Assembly: GCA_037444445.1 (NCBI GenBank)
Contig: JBBIMK010000021.1
Location: 4,494 to 36,493 of the forward strand
Length of the DNA stretch: 32,000 bases
Direction: 5' to 3'
DNA from: a bacterium
GTDB taxonomy: Bacteria; UBP7; UBA6624; JBBIMK01
The notes under the pieces were generated by a model. It saw only the letters and a program-made list of their open reading frames with translations, was not told where the DNA came from and did not search any database. The position numbers were made by a program, and so were the translations under genes. This document shows positions 1-8,500 of this stretch, in pieces. Within the stretch, counting starts at the first letter, position 1, and every line of letters starts with the position of its first letter.

Positions 1-79
1 AACAAGAAGCAAAATAATCCAGAGGACACGGAAGGAAGGAAGGAAGGAATACCCCATAACTTTTATACTTTCTTCTCAT
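1..79 (-). CDS. hypothetical protein, 5' end only (runs off the left edge)
   Basis: ATG at 79-77 is preceded by GGAGG (91-87, 7-nt spacer). The frame stays open to position 1: MRRKYKSYGVFLPSFLPCPLDYFASC. Only 26 codons are visible and there is no recognisable domain. Confidence 0.3.
   Translation of the reverse strand, partial: MRRKYKSYGVFLPSFLPCPLDYFASC
30..49. repeat. perfect tetranucleotide microsatellite (GGAA)5 = (TTCC)5 on the minus strand
   Basis: Read directly: ggaa ggaa ggaa ggaa ggaa at 30-49. It lies inside codons 11-17 of the partial minus-strand ORF. Confidence 0.95.
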
Positions 80-150
80 AACTCATCCTCCTTCTGCTGT
101 CTAATTTCCAACCTTGCAATATTATCCTACTATAAGCTAAAGAAAAAGTC

Positions 151-177
151 AAGCGGGGGGGGGATGAAATCCCGCTT
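151..177. other. 7-bp hairpin with a G9 homopolymer, in a divergent intergenic region
   Basis: AAGCGGG (151-157) pairs with CCCGCTT (171-177). The G run 155-163 spans the stem end and the loop. The flanking T-runs are not immediately adjacent on either strand, so this is not a canonical terminator. Confidence 0.5.
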
Positions 178-367
178 TTGCCCCCATTTTTTCGTTTGGA
201 GGGGATGAGAATGCTTCAAAACTCTCGGGTGGAGTGACCTCAGGGTTTTGACTGAAAGCAGGGGAAGAGGTAAAATAAAATGGGTGAGAGAGAAAGAAGT
301 GCTGATTCTTTTTTGGGTGGGGATGGTCCTGGGCTATGGGTCGCCCGCGAGTCAGCGTTCTATTTCT

Positions 368-2446
368 ATGAATCGGCTGAAATGGGAGAAGAGTCCGTAC
401 CTTTTACAGCATGCGGATAACCCTGTGGACTGGTATCCCTGGGGTGCGGAGGCGTTTGAAAAAGCCCTTAAGGAGGATAAGCCTATCTTCCTGTCCATCG
501 GATACTCCACCTGCCACTGGTGTCATGTGATGGAGCAGGAGTCGTTTGAAGACCCTGAGGTCGCACGCCTGATGAACGAAACTTTTGTGTCCATTAAAGT
601 GGACCGGGAGGAACGACCGGATATAGATAGTGTTTATATGACTGTTTGTCAGATGATGACGGGGAGTGGAGGCTGGCCCCTCACGATTATAATGACGCCG
701 GATAAAACGCCTTTCTTCGCCGCCACTTATATCCCCAGGGAGACGCGTTTCGGACGCATGGGCATGCTGGAACTTATCCCGCACATACAGAAAGCCTGGA
801 CCACACGACGAGAAGAGATTCTCACCATTGGCCAGCAGGTCGCATCTGCCCTGCAGAATCTGTCTCGTGAAACCCCCGGGAAGGCGTTGGATGAAACCAT
901 CTTGAAACTTGCCTTTGAGCATCTGAGCGACCGATTTGATACGGTTCATGGCGGGTTTGGCGACGCCCCCAAATTCCCAACCGCCCACCCTCTCCTCTTT
1001 CTCCTGCGCTACTGGAAACGCACAGGAAATACAAAAGCCCTGAAAATGGTGGAAAAGACGCTTCAAGAAATGCGACTGGGAGGCATTTATGACCATATCG
1101 GCTTCGGGTTTCATCGCTACTCTACCGATGCCATCTGGTTGGTGCCTCACTTTGAAAAGATGCTTTACGACCAGGCTATGCTGGCAATGGCTTATACCGA
1201 GGCGTATCAAGCCACCGGTCAGCCAGAATATAAAAATACCGCAGAAGAGATATTTCACTATGTTTTGAGAAATATGACTTCCCCCGAAGGTGCCTTCTAC
1301 TCCGCAGAAGATGCAGATTCCGAGGGCGTGGAAGGTAAATTTTATCTGTGGCAGGAGGAAGAAATCAGGCAAGCCCTCGGTGAACAGGCGAACCTTATCC
1401 TGACCCTGTTCAGTGTTCAGAAGAAGGGCAATTTCCGCCAGGAAGCCCATGGCCGTCCTGCTGGATTGAACATATTGCACCTGAAAAAACCACTCCCAGC
1501 ACTGGCTGCTGACCTGAATCTATCGGAGAAAGATTTGCAACGAAGGGCAGAGGAAGCACGGCAGAAACTTTTTGCGATTCGTGAGAAACGGGTTCATCCC
1601 TATAAAGATGACAAGATATTGACGGACTGGAATGGCTTGATGATTGCCGCTTTTGCCAGAGGGTCGCTGGCTCTGGACGAGCCGAAATATGCCAGAGTGG
1701 CGGAGAAGGCAGCGGAGTTTATCCTGCGCACCCTTCGCCGACCCGATGGCCGCCTCCTCCACCGTTATCGCCAGGGCGAAGCGAGCATACTCGCCACCGT
1801 GGACGATTACGCTTTCCTCACCTGGGGGCTGATAGAACTCTATGAAGCCACCTTCCGCACCCACTATCTCCAAACCGCATTAGACCTGACACAGGATTTG
1901 CTAAAGCACTTCTGGGATGAAAAACCAGGTGGCTTCTATTTCACCCCCGATGATGGGGAAAGCCTGCTTATCAGGCAGAAGGAAATTTATGATGGCGCCA
2001 TACCCTCCGGTAACTCCGTGGCTATGTGGAACCTGCTGCGCCTGGGGCGGATGACGGCAAACTCCGATATGGAGAAAAAGGCAGAAGAGCTCTCCTGTGC
2101 CTTCTCCACGCAGGTCATCCGGATGCCCTCGGCTTATACTCAACTTTTAGTCGCTCTCCAGTTTGCCATCGGTCCTTCCTATGAGGTGGTCATTGCTGGT
2201 CCTTCGGGGTCTGCGGACACGGAAGCCATGCTCAAAGCCCTGCGGGCGGAATTTGTGCCCAACAAAGTCGTTCTCTTCCGCCCCACCGACCAGGAATCCC
2301 CTGACATCCTCCGCCTCGCTGAATTTACAAAATATCATACCGCTGTGGATGGTAAAGCCACCGCTTATGTCTGCCAGAACTATCGCTGTGAAACCCCCAC
2401 CACCGACATCCAGAGCATGCTCCGTTTCCTACAGCCACAACCATAA
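368..2446 (+). CDS. yyaL: thioredoxin-domain protein, YyaL/DUF255 family (N-terminal thioredoxin-like fold plus six-hairpin glycosidase-like domain)
   Basis: [26 protein letters not shown]...[22 protein letters not shown] is the family's typical N-terminus. The start is taken at ATG 368. The ORF track begins at TTG 248, and ATG 323 is also in frame, so the start is uncertain. Confidence 0.88.
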   Translation: MNRLKWEKSPYLLQHADNPVDWYPWGAEAFEKALKEDKPIFLSIGYSTCHWCHVMEQESFEDPEVARLMNETFVSIKVDREERPDIDSVYMTVCQMMTGSGGWPLTIIMTPDKTPFFAATYIPRETRFGRMGMLELIPHIQKAWTTRREEILTIGQQVASALQNLSRETPGKALDETILKLAFEHLSDRFDTVHGGFGDAPKFPTAHPLLFLLRYWKRTGNTKALKMVEKTLQEMRLGGIYDHIGFGFHRYSTDAIWLVPHFEKMLYDQAMLAMAYTEAYQATGQPEYKNTAEEIFHYVLRNMTSPEGAFYSAEDADSEGVEGKFYLWQEEEIRQALGEQANLILTLFSVQKKGNFRQEAHGRPAGLNILHLKKPLPALAADLNLSEKDLQRRAEEARQKLFAIREKRVHPYKDDKILTDWNGLMIAAFARGSLALDEPKYARVAEKAAEFILRTLRRPDGRLLHRYRQGEASILATVDDYAFLTWGLIELYEATFRTHYLQTALDLTQDLLKHFWDEKPGGFYFTPDDGESLLIRQKEIYDGAIPSGNSVAMWNLLRLGRMTANSDMEKKAEELSCAFSTQVIRMPSAYTQLLVALQFAIGPSYEVVIAGPSGSADTEAMLKALRAEFVPNKVVLFRPTDQESPDILRLAEFTKYHTAVDGKATAYVCQNYRCETPTTDIQSMLRFLQPQP

Positions 2447-2473
2447 GGCAGAGGTCTAACCACCGCTGATTAC

Positions 2474-2502
2474 TCCCTTCAGAAAGGAGGGATTTCTTTT
2501 TT
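2474..2502 (+). terminator. intrinsic terminator downstream of yyaL
   Basis: 7-bp stem TCCCTTC/GGAGGGA (2474-2480 with 2486-2492, one G-U pair), 5-nt loop AGAAA, then TTTCTTTTTT (2493-2502). It sits 28 nt after the stop codon. Confidence 0.6.
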
Positions 2503-2636
2503 CCAGGATTCCTAACATAGTTAAAAATCTTCCAATCGTAAATCTCCACCGACTGGATAGCCACAGATTCTCACCCACACGGCTTTCGGTTGGAAAGATA
2601 GTGGTATTGGTCAAAAGTCTAAAGTCTAATTTTGAA

Positions 2637-2657
2637 CCACGAGCCACGAACCACGAC
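2637..2657. repeat. three tandem heptamers CCACGAG CCACGAA CCACGAC
   Basis: Read directly. On the minus strand it is GTCGTGG TTCGTGG CTCGTGG, starting 5 nt after the ftsK stop codon. Confidence 0.8.
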
Positions 2658-2662
2658 GAGGG

Positions 2663-4726
2663 TTACAGGAGGACTTTGCGGGTTTTTTGCCCTGGAATGT
2701 TGTCCTTTTTCGGCTCCACCCAGCCTAATCGTTCCAGTTCGTCCATCAGCCGGCTGGCTTTATTGTAGCCGATGCGAAACCGCCGCTGAAGTAAAGAAAC
2801 GGAAACCTCATCCAGGGTCAGAAGCATTTCTTTTACCTGCTCTAACAGTTCCGGGTCTTCCACTTCTATATTTTCTTCTCCCTCTTCTTCTTCCACGATG
2901 AGACTGTTCATTACTTCCTCGTCATACTGGGCAGTTCCATAGTTTTCCTTCAGGTATTCTGCCACCTTTTCCAGTTCCTCGGGGCTGACATAAGGAGCCT
3001 GGAGGCGGCAGGGTTTATCCAGGCTGGGGGAGGCGAACAGGAGGTCACCTTTGCCTAACAGTTTTTCAGCCCCGGTCATATCCAAAATGGTCATAGAATC
3101 CGCCTTGGAAGAGAGTTTGAAGGAGATACGGGCGGGGAGGTTCGCTTTTATCCCGCCTTCTATGCGCTTGGCGTCCGGACGCTGGGTGGCGACGGCAAGA
3201 TGAATCCCAGCCGCCCGCGCTATCTGCGACAAACTCGCAAAGTATCGCTCTACCTCCCTCCCCTCCCGCGTCTCCTTCAGAAGAAAGTTCAACTCATCAA
3301 TGATGATGACGATATAAGGAATGGGGTCTTTGGCATTCTCGTTATATTCCGAGATTTTTTTGAATCCTTGCTCTTTCAAAAACTGGTATCGTCGCTGGGT
3401 TTCTTCCACAGCCCAGCCCAGAGCTTTCACTGCCATTTTTGGCGCCGTTACGATAGGCACCAACAGATGAGGTATGTCCTCAAAGTTGGATAAATCCACC
3501 TGCTTGGGGTCTACCAGAATCATCCGAACCTGTGAAGGTGGTGATTTATAAATCAATGAAACCACGAGGGCGGTGAGGAAAACGCTTTTTCCCGATCCGG
3601 TGGAGCCCCCGATTAAAAGATGGGGCATATCGTCTAAAGTGGCGATGAGAATTCTGCCCTCCAGGTCCTTCCCTATGGCAATAGTGAGAGGGGAAGGGGA
3701 GTTCATAAATGCCGGCGACTGGAGGATTTGCCTCAGGGAAACATCCCCCCGGTACGCTCTGGGGACTTCCACGGCGATGGTTTCTTTCCCGGGCACGGGC
3801 GCCTGGATAATCACATCCCCTCGCGCCGCCAGCGACATCGCTATGTTGTCCGCTGCGCTGCGGATCCGGTTCAAATCCACATACGCGGGAACGGAAAGTT
3901 CATACCTCACCACCCGGGGGCTGGACTGAACATCCACGATTCTCGCTTCCACTTTTGCCATCTTCTCCAGGAGAAAGAGAATCCGCTCCCCTTTCCGCTC
4001 AATCTCCGCTTCCGAATCCTCCTTCTCGGGTGGTGGGGCATCCAGAAGTTCAAAAGGTATCTGATAGGCTCCATTTCCCATAACTGCTGGCAACTCTGTT
4101 AATTTCTTCTCCGCTTTCTCCCCCTTCCTTCTTTTCGGAACGCCGCGAGACGCTCTTTCAGACGCCATTTCCAGTGATGCCGACTCAGTTTCCCCGGCCA
4201 TATCCCCGGTGGTTGGAGATGTCTCTTCCAGTTTCAACGCTGAGGAGACCTCCTGGAACCATCTCAGTATACTTTTTAAGCCATTTCCAACCTTTTCCGT
4301 AATTCCTTTAATGGAGAGGAGCGCATATAGTTGCAGGATAACGAGAAAGACCAGCCCCAAAAGCAGGAAGGTGCCGGTTCTACCGATACGAGCCTCCAGC
4401 AGGGAGAAGAGGCTTCGCCCGAGAGTACCCCCTCCCTGGAAACTTCCCAAAAGGATGGAAGTATATACCCCGATAAGAAGGGTCAGGAGGAGCGTATGAA
4501 GCAGGGATTGACTCCTCGGATACAATGTCAAAAGCGCCAGCAAAAATATCCAGGCAGGAACGAGGAGAGAAATCTTTTTTCCGAGGAAAAACAGGAGGAA
4601 GCCTGCCCATTCAATCCCGATGGCGCCCGTCAATTCAGGATTGATGAGTGCAATCAGGGTAAAGATGGCGAAAGCGAATAATGATGTGGTCAGGACTTCT
4701 CCTGTCCAGGTTCGTCGCCCTTTCAT
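2663..4726 (-). CDS. ftsK: DNA translocase FtsK/SpoIIIE
   Basis: N-terminal multi-TM region, charged linker, and motor domain with Walker A GGSTGSGKSV. The C-terminal winged-helix gamma domain reads LLQRRFRIGYNKASRLMDELERLGWV. The start is placed at MKGRR (4726), which forms an ATGA overlap with the uppP stop. The ORF track extends 13 more codons to 4765. Confidence 0.95.
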   Translation of the reverse strand: MKGRRTWTGEVLTTSLFAFAIFTLIALINPELTGAIGIEWAGFLLFFLGKKISLLVPAWIFLLALLTLYPRSQSLLHTLLLTLLIGVYTSILLGSFQGGGTLGRSLFSLLEARIGRTGTFLLLGLVFLVILQLYALLSIKGITEKVGNGLKSILRWFQEVSSALKLEETSPTTGDMAGETESASLEMASERASRGVPKRRKGEKAEKKLTELPAVMGNGAYQIPFELLDAPPPEKEDSEAEIERKGERILFLLEKMAKVEARIVDVQSSPRVVRYELSVPAYVDLNRIRSAADNIAMSLAARGDVIIQAPVPGKETIAVEVPRAYRGDVSLRQILQSPAFMNSPSPLTIAIGKDLEGRILIATLDDMPHLLIGGSTGSGKSVFLTALVVSLIYKSPPSQVRMILVDPKQVDLSNFEDIPHLLVPIVTAPKMAVKALGWAVEETQRRYQFLKEQGFKKISEYNENAKDPIPYIVIIIDELNFLLKETREGREVERYFASLSQIARAAGIHLAVATQRPDAKRIEGGIKANLPARISFKLSSKADSMTILDMTGAEKLLGKGDLLFASPSLDKPCRLQAPYVSPEELEKVAEYLKENYGTAQYDEEVMNSLIVEEEEGEENIEVEDPELLEQVKEMLLTLDEVSVSLLQRRFRIGYNKASRLMDELERLGWVEPKKDNIPGQKTRKVLL

Positions 4727-5502
4727 CGTCCCATCACCCCGGTGAGGATACCCAGCACAATACAATATACGCTAAACCCGTAAAATCGCGTTCTCCTGGA
4801 AAGGTAAAGCAACAGCCGGACGGCAAACACTCCGGAAACCACTGCGGAGAAAAACCCGAGAGCAAGAATCTTTAAAGATACAGCGGTATGGAAGGGAGGT
4901 TCCAGAGCGCCTGCCACAAGCCCTCCGAGGATGGCGGGGAAGAGCAGGAGAAGGGAGAAGAAGACAGCGGATTCCCTCCTCAAGCCCATCATCATTCCGC
5001 CTGCGATGGTGGCGCCTGAGCGGGAAAGACCGGGCAGGATGGCGGCTCCCTGAAGCAAGCCAATCCAGAAAGCGCCGAGGTAAGAAAGATGAAAAACTTC
5101 CCCCGTAGATAAGGGGTTTCGGAATTCTCCCGTAGCCAGTAAAACGGCGGTTACAAAGAAGCCGACAGCCACCAGCCAGCCCCCCTCAAACCCTGTCATC
5201 AGCACTTTCTTGAAAATGAAATACACCACACCCGTAACCATCGTGCTCACCAGAGTCAGATATAAAATGTGGCGATGGGCTGGCTCTTTCCAGTTTCGCA
5301 CCAGGTTCACTACCTCTTTCCTGAGAGCCACGGTGAGGGCAAAAAGAGTCCCGAGATGCAGCACCACATCAAAGAAAAAGAGCCTCCCACTCTCCAGCCC
5401 CAGAAGGCGCTGAGCCACCACCAGATGACCCGAAGAGGAGACAGGCAAAAATTCAGTCACCCCCTGAAGGATGCCCAGAATAACTGCTTTCCACGGTTCC
5501 AT
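4723..5502 (-). CDS. uppP: undecaprenyl-diphosphate phosphatase (BacA/UppP)
   Basis: MEPWKAVILGILQGVTEFLPVSSSGHLVV is the canonical UppP N-terminal motif. The protein is polytopic and hydrophobic (259 aa) and carries a PGLSRSG motif. Confidence 0.95.
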   Translation of the reverse strand: MEPWKAVILGILQGVTEFLPVSSSGHLVVAQRLLGLESGRLFFFDVVLHLGTLFALTVALRKEVVNLVRNWKEPAHRHILYLTLVSTMVTGVVYFIFKKVLMTGFEGGWLVAVGFFVTAVLLATGEFRNPLSTGEVFHLSYLGAFWIGLLQGAAILPGLSRSGATIAGGMMMGLRRESAVFFSLLLLFPAILGGLVAGALEPPFHTAVSLKILALGFFSAVVSGVFAVRLLLYLSRRTRFYGFSVYCIVLGILTGVMGR

Positions 5503-5878
5503 CGCTCTGGTGTTCTACTTCTATGAACCCCTCCTCGGTTTTCATCAGTTTCACCGCCTTCTTGGCTCTGGGGTAGATGGCGTAGATTTTTTCTGGCACC
5601 ACTTCCAGCATCGCCCCGCAGGTATGCTTTCCAATTTCATTCTGGATATAATGCTTTACATAAAAGGTGATCTTCGGGTCAATCTTCGGGTTGAGAAACA
5701 GGAATATATCTCCCTTTCCCGCTTTCATAAAATCCACCACCGCATTGGCTTCCTCCACCGTCGTGGGGATAGCGAAGAGGACCCGTTCCCCTTGCTTCTC
5801 CGGGCTTTCAGCGGTCTTCCCCTCCTCAAACGAGAAGATTTCATTAAACTTTCTCCTCACAGAATGGATAAGCCCCAT
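5453..5878 (-). CDS. sepF: cell division protein SepF-like (DUF552)
   Basis: Possible N-terminal amphipathic helix MGLIHSVRRKFNEIFSF. The core VLFAIPTTVEEANAVVDFMKAGKGDIFLFLN...IYAIYP aligns by eye with the B. subtilis SepF C-terminal domain. It sits just after yggS (ylmE), as in Gram-positive ylm clusters. The sequence is divergent. Confidence 0.65.
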   Translation of the reverse strand: MGLIHSVRRKFNEIFSFEEGKTAESPEKQGERVLFAIPTTVEEANAVVDFMKAGKGDIFLFLNPKIDPKITFYVKHYIQNEIGKHTCGAMLEVVPEKIYAIYPRAKKAVKLMKTEEGFIEVEHQSDGTVESSYSGHPSGGD

Positions 5879-6672
5879 CGTTCAAACGCCTCCTTTTCAA
5901 AAAGAATTCGCCCAAGGCGAACCATCGTGGCTCCCTCCTCAATCGCCACAAGGAAATCCTGGCTCATGCCCATGGAAAGGTGTTGGAGTGAGATATTCTC
6001 CCTCTCCAGGCACAGGAGGGAATCTCGTAACTGTCGGGTGCGTGCGAAGAAGGGGCGGGAATCCTCCGCCTGTTTCGGAACCGGGGGAATCACCATCAGC
6101 CCCTTTACGAGAAGGTGAGGGCAGGCTGACCCAATTTTGTCCACGAGCCCCCTCAACTCCTCCGGCAGGACGCCTCCTTTCGTGGTTTCCCCTCCCACAT
6201 TCACCTCAACCAGCACCGGAAGGTACCGATTCTCCAGAGCCAGCCGCTTTTCCATTTCCACAGCGTGGCTGAATGAAGAAAGCGTTTGTATCCACTGAAC
6301 CTGGCGAAGCAATCTGGGGATTTTGTTCCTCTGAACCCGTCCGATAAAATGCCACACCACCTCACCTGCATTCTGCGCTCTGTAGCCCGCATCCTGCTCC
6401 TTCATTTCTTCTTGATGTCTTTCCATTTCCTGGACGATATTTTCACCGATGTGAGAAATCCCCGCTTGAATGGCATCCAGGATGTCCGAAGTGCTTCTCC
6501 CTTTAACGGCGGCGATGAGGATAACTGAATCCTTCCGTCCCACTTTTTTCAGAGTTTCCTCCACCCTTTCCTGGATGACCTTCATCCGCTGTTTGCTCGT
6601 CGTATGATTGCTTCCTTCATAGTAGACTGATACACCCATAATCTCATCCACCGTTTTCATACCTTCTCTCAT
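5857..6672 (-). CDS. yggS: YggS/YlmE family pyridoxal-phosphate homeostasis protein
   Basis: LIAAVKGRS (PLP lysine region), HIGENIVQE, WHFIGRVQRNK, LSMGMSQDF and GATMVRLGRILF match YggS motifs. The true start may be the internal MKVIQERV at 6582; the first 30 codons are not typical of the family. Confidence 0.88.
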   Translation of the reverse strand: MREGMKTVDEIMGVSVYYEGSNHTTSKQRMKVIQERVEETLKKVGRKDSVILIAAVKGRSTSDILDAIQAGISHIGENIVQEMERHQEEMKEQDAGYRAQNAGEVVWHFIGRVQRNKIPRLLRQVQWIQTLSSFSHAVEMEKRLALENRYLPVLVEVNVGGETTKGGVLPEELRGLVDKIGSACPHLLVKGLMVIPPVPKQAEDSRPFFARTRQLRDSLLCLERENISLQHLSMGMSQDFLVAIEEGATMVRLGRILFEKEAFERWGLSIL

Positions 6673-6674
6673 TG

Positions 6675-7730
6675 TTAGGAAGCCCGGTCCAGGCGGAAGG
6701 GAGGCAGGTCAATTCCCCCCTTCTCCCAGGGAAAGGTCTGCTGTTCCATTCTGATGGGCTTTTCTCTTTCTTTGGGGGGAGAGAAAAGGCTCACCGCGAG
6801 GAGGCCAACTTTCACCTCTTCCTCCTCTTCCGGTGCAGTCACCAGCCCCCAGCAGATTTCCGGTGTGTAGCCATCCTCTCCTTTTGCCTCTTTCCGCACG
6901 ACTTCCATCCCGCGTTCCAGCGAGGAGAGAGTCAAATCTTTGCCCGCCAGGATGTTGAGCAGGAGGGCATGGGCAGAGCCCGGAGAAATCTCCAGGATAG
7001 GGGAGTGGAGAGCATGCAGGGTTGCCTCCTCCATTCCACGCTTTCCTCGCCCTTCCCCCCATCCGAAGTAGAGGGAGCCGGATTTCTTCAAAAAGGTTTC
7101 TATATCGGATAAGTCGCGGTTCACCAGGCCGTGGGTATTCAACAGATAGGAGAGGGTGGCGACGGCGTTTCTTAAGGTGATGTGACTCAGCTGGAGGAGA
7201 TGGGAAGCCGGGAGGTGCTCCGCCTCCGGCAGCTGGAGGAGCCGGTCATTAGAAATAGAAACCACGCCATCTGCTGTCTTTCTGAGGAGAGCAAGCGCTT
7301 CTTCCGCCACCCGCAGGCGGTGAGGTCCTTCCCAACGGAATGGGCGAGTGGCAATCACAATGGTTAGAATTCCCATTTCCTTCGTCAGGTCCGCCACGAT
7401 GGGTGTGGCGCCGGAGCCGGTTCCACCTCCCAACGCAGTGCTGAGAACCGCAACTTCACAGCCCTTCAGCGCCTCCCGAATTTCTTCTCGGCTTTCTTCT
7501 GCTGCCATCCTGCCCTTTTCCTGGTCGCCTCCCGTTCCTCTTCCCCCCGTTTCCTTCTTCCCCAGTTGAACCAGATGAGCGTTCCGAAGCCTTTCCAGCG
7601 CTTCTTTATCGGTATTCAGCGCCCAGAGTTCCACTCCCGAGATGGGATATTCTTCCAGAAAGGCGATGGCGTTAGTGCCTCCGCCTCCAATCCCCATTAC
7701 CTTCAACCGATTCTCCGCTCCCTTTGCCAT
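6675..7730 (-). CDS. ftsZ: cell division GTPase FtsZ
   Basis: GIGGGGTNAI, NTD, tubulin signature GGGTGSGATP and NDRLL. The C-terminal peptide GIDLPPFRL resembles the conserved FtsZ tail. GGAGGA lies upstream of the ATG, and the start overlaps the ftsQ stop by 1 nt (TAATG). Confidence 0.9.
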   Translation of the reverse strand: MAKGAENRLKVMGIGGGGTNAIAFLEEYPISGVELWALNTDKEALERLRNAHLVQLGKKETGGRGTGGDQEKGRMAAEESREEIREALKGCEVAVLSTALGGGTGSGATPIVADLTKEMGILTIVIATRPFRWEGPHRLRVAEEALALLRKTADGVVSISNDRLLQLPEAEHLPASHLLQLSHITLRNAVATLSYLLNTHGLVNRDLSDIETFLKKSGSLYFGWGEGRGKRGMEEATLHALHSPILEISPGSAHALLLNILAGKDLTLSSLERGMEVVRKEAKGEDGYTPEICWGLVTAPEEEEEVKVGLLAVSLFSPPKEREKPIRMEQQTFPWEKGGIDLPPFRLDRAS

Positions 7731-8500
7731 TATCCTCCACCGGGGGATGGATTCCCGGTTTCCACTGGAACGCCCGATTTCGGCTTTACTACCAGGGTCG
7801 TTGGGGAAATCACTTCCACCCGCTCACCCTGCAAAATCTCCGCCGGATGAGTCCGAAATAGATAAAGGAATGCCTCCAGCCCCGGCTGTGCATACCGCAG
7901 GCTTGAGATATAGAGTAATGGCAGTTCCCCCTGAAATCTTACCGTGAGGCTATTGTTTTCATCAATCTCCACCTTCTTCACTCCCAGCCCTGCGGAGGGC
8001 ATCTGCCGCCAGAGCGTCTGGAGGACATCCAGCAGGAGGGAGGCAAAAGGAATATCCATCGCCTTTCCCACCACAGGGGTGTTTCCTTCTCCCCTCAGGT
8101 CTACCACTTCTATTAGCCCTCTGTATCCCTGGCTTTCCCCTTTTGCCAGCACCCATCCATCTTCCGAAAGGAGATAGGATTCTTGCTTTCGGTAGAGTTG
8201 TGCCATGGGATTTCGCTCCACGATGAGAATTTTGAGATGGTTGGGGAATCTCCATCGGACTTCCGCATCCTGGATCCAGGGATGGCTTTTGAGGCGCATC
8301 TGAACTTCTTTTCGGTTCAGTTTTAATAGCGACCTTCCAGTCCGTAGCCTGCTGAGAGAAAGAATCTGCTCCGTTTCCACCACCCGATTTCCTTCCACTT
8401 GAATTTCCTGAATCCGGAAAAACGGAGAAAGGCTACCAGCGGCGATGAGAAACGAGAAGCCTATCAGGAAAATGATGAATCTATTCCACATCCGGTTCAA
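7730..8500 (-). CDS. ftsQ: cell division protein FtsQ/DivIB (POTRA domain)
   Basis: Single N-terminal TM (FIIFLIGFSFLIAAG), then the POTRA-like FRIQEIQVEGNRVVETEQILSLS...LKSHPWIQDAEVRWRFPNHLKILIVER. It lies between murB and ftsZ. Confidence 0.85.
   Translation of the reverse strand: MNRMWNRFIIFLIGFSFLIAAGSLSPFFRIQEIQVEGNRVVETEQILSLSRLRTGRSLLKLNRKEVQMRLKSHPWIQDAEVRWRFPNHLKILIVERNPMAQLYRKQESYLLSEDGWVLAKGESQGYRGLIEVVDLRGEGNTPVVGKAMDIPFASLLLDVLQTLWRQMPSAGLGVKKVEIDENNSLTVRFQGELPLLYISSLRYAQPGLEAFLYLFRTHPAEILQGERVEVISPTTLVVKPKSGVPVETGNPSPGGG

Noticed and set aside
404-1480. 358-codon ORF antisense to yyaL
   Set aside because: It lies entirely within, and opposite to, a gene with strong family motifs. 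Its translation has no recognisable domain and an odd composition, as expected for a shadow ORF.
2613-2627. AAAGTCT AAAGTCTA tandem duplication
   Set aside because: With only two copies (8 constrained bases), it is expected by chance about once in a window of this size.
5471-6272. Two overlapping plus-strand ORFs (215 and 201 codons) antisense to sepF and yggS
   Set aside because: Their products are Pro/Gly/Ser/Arg-rich and low-complexity. They sit opposite well-supported genes inside a gap-free operon and have no ribosome-binding site context.
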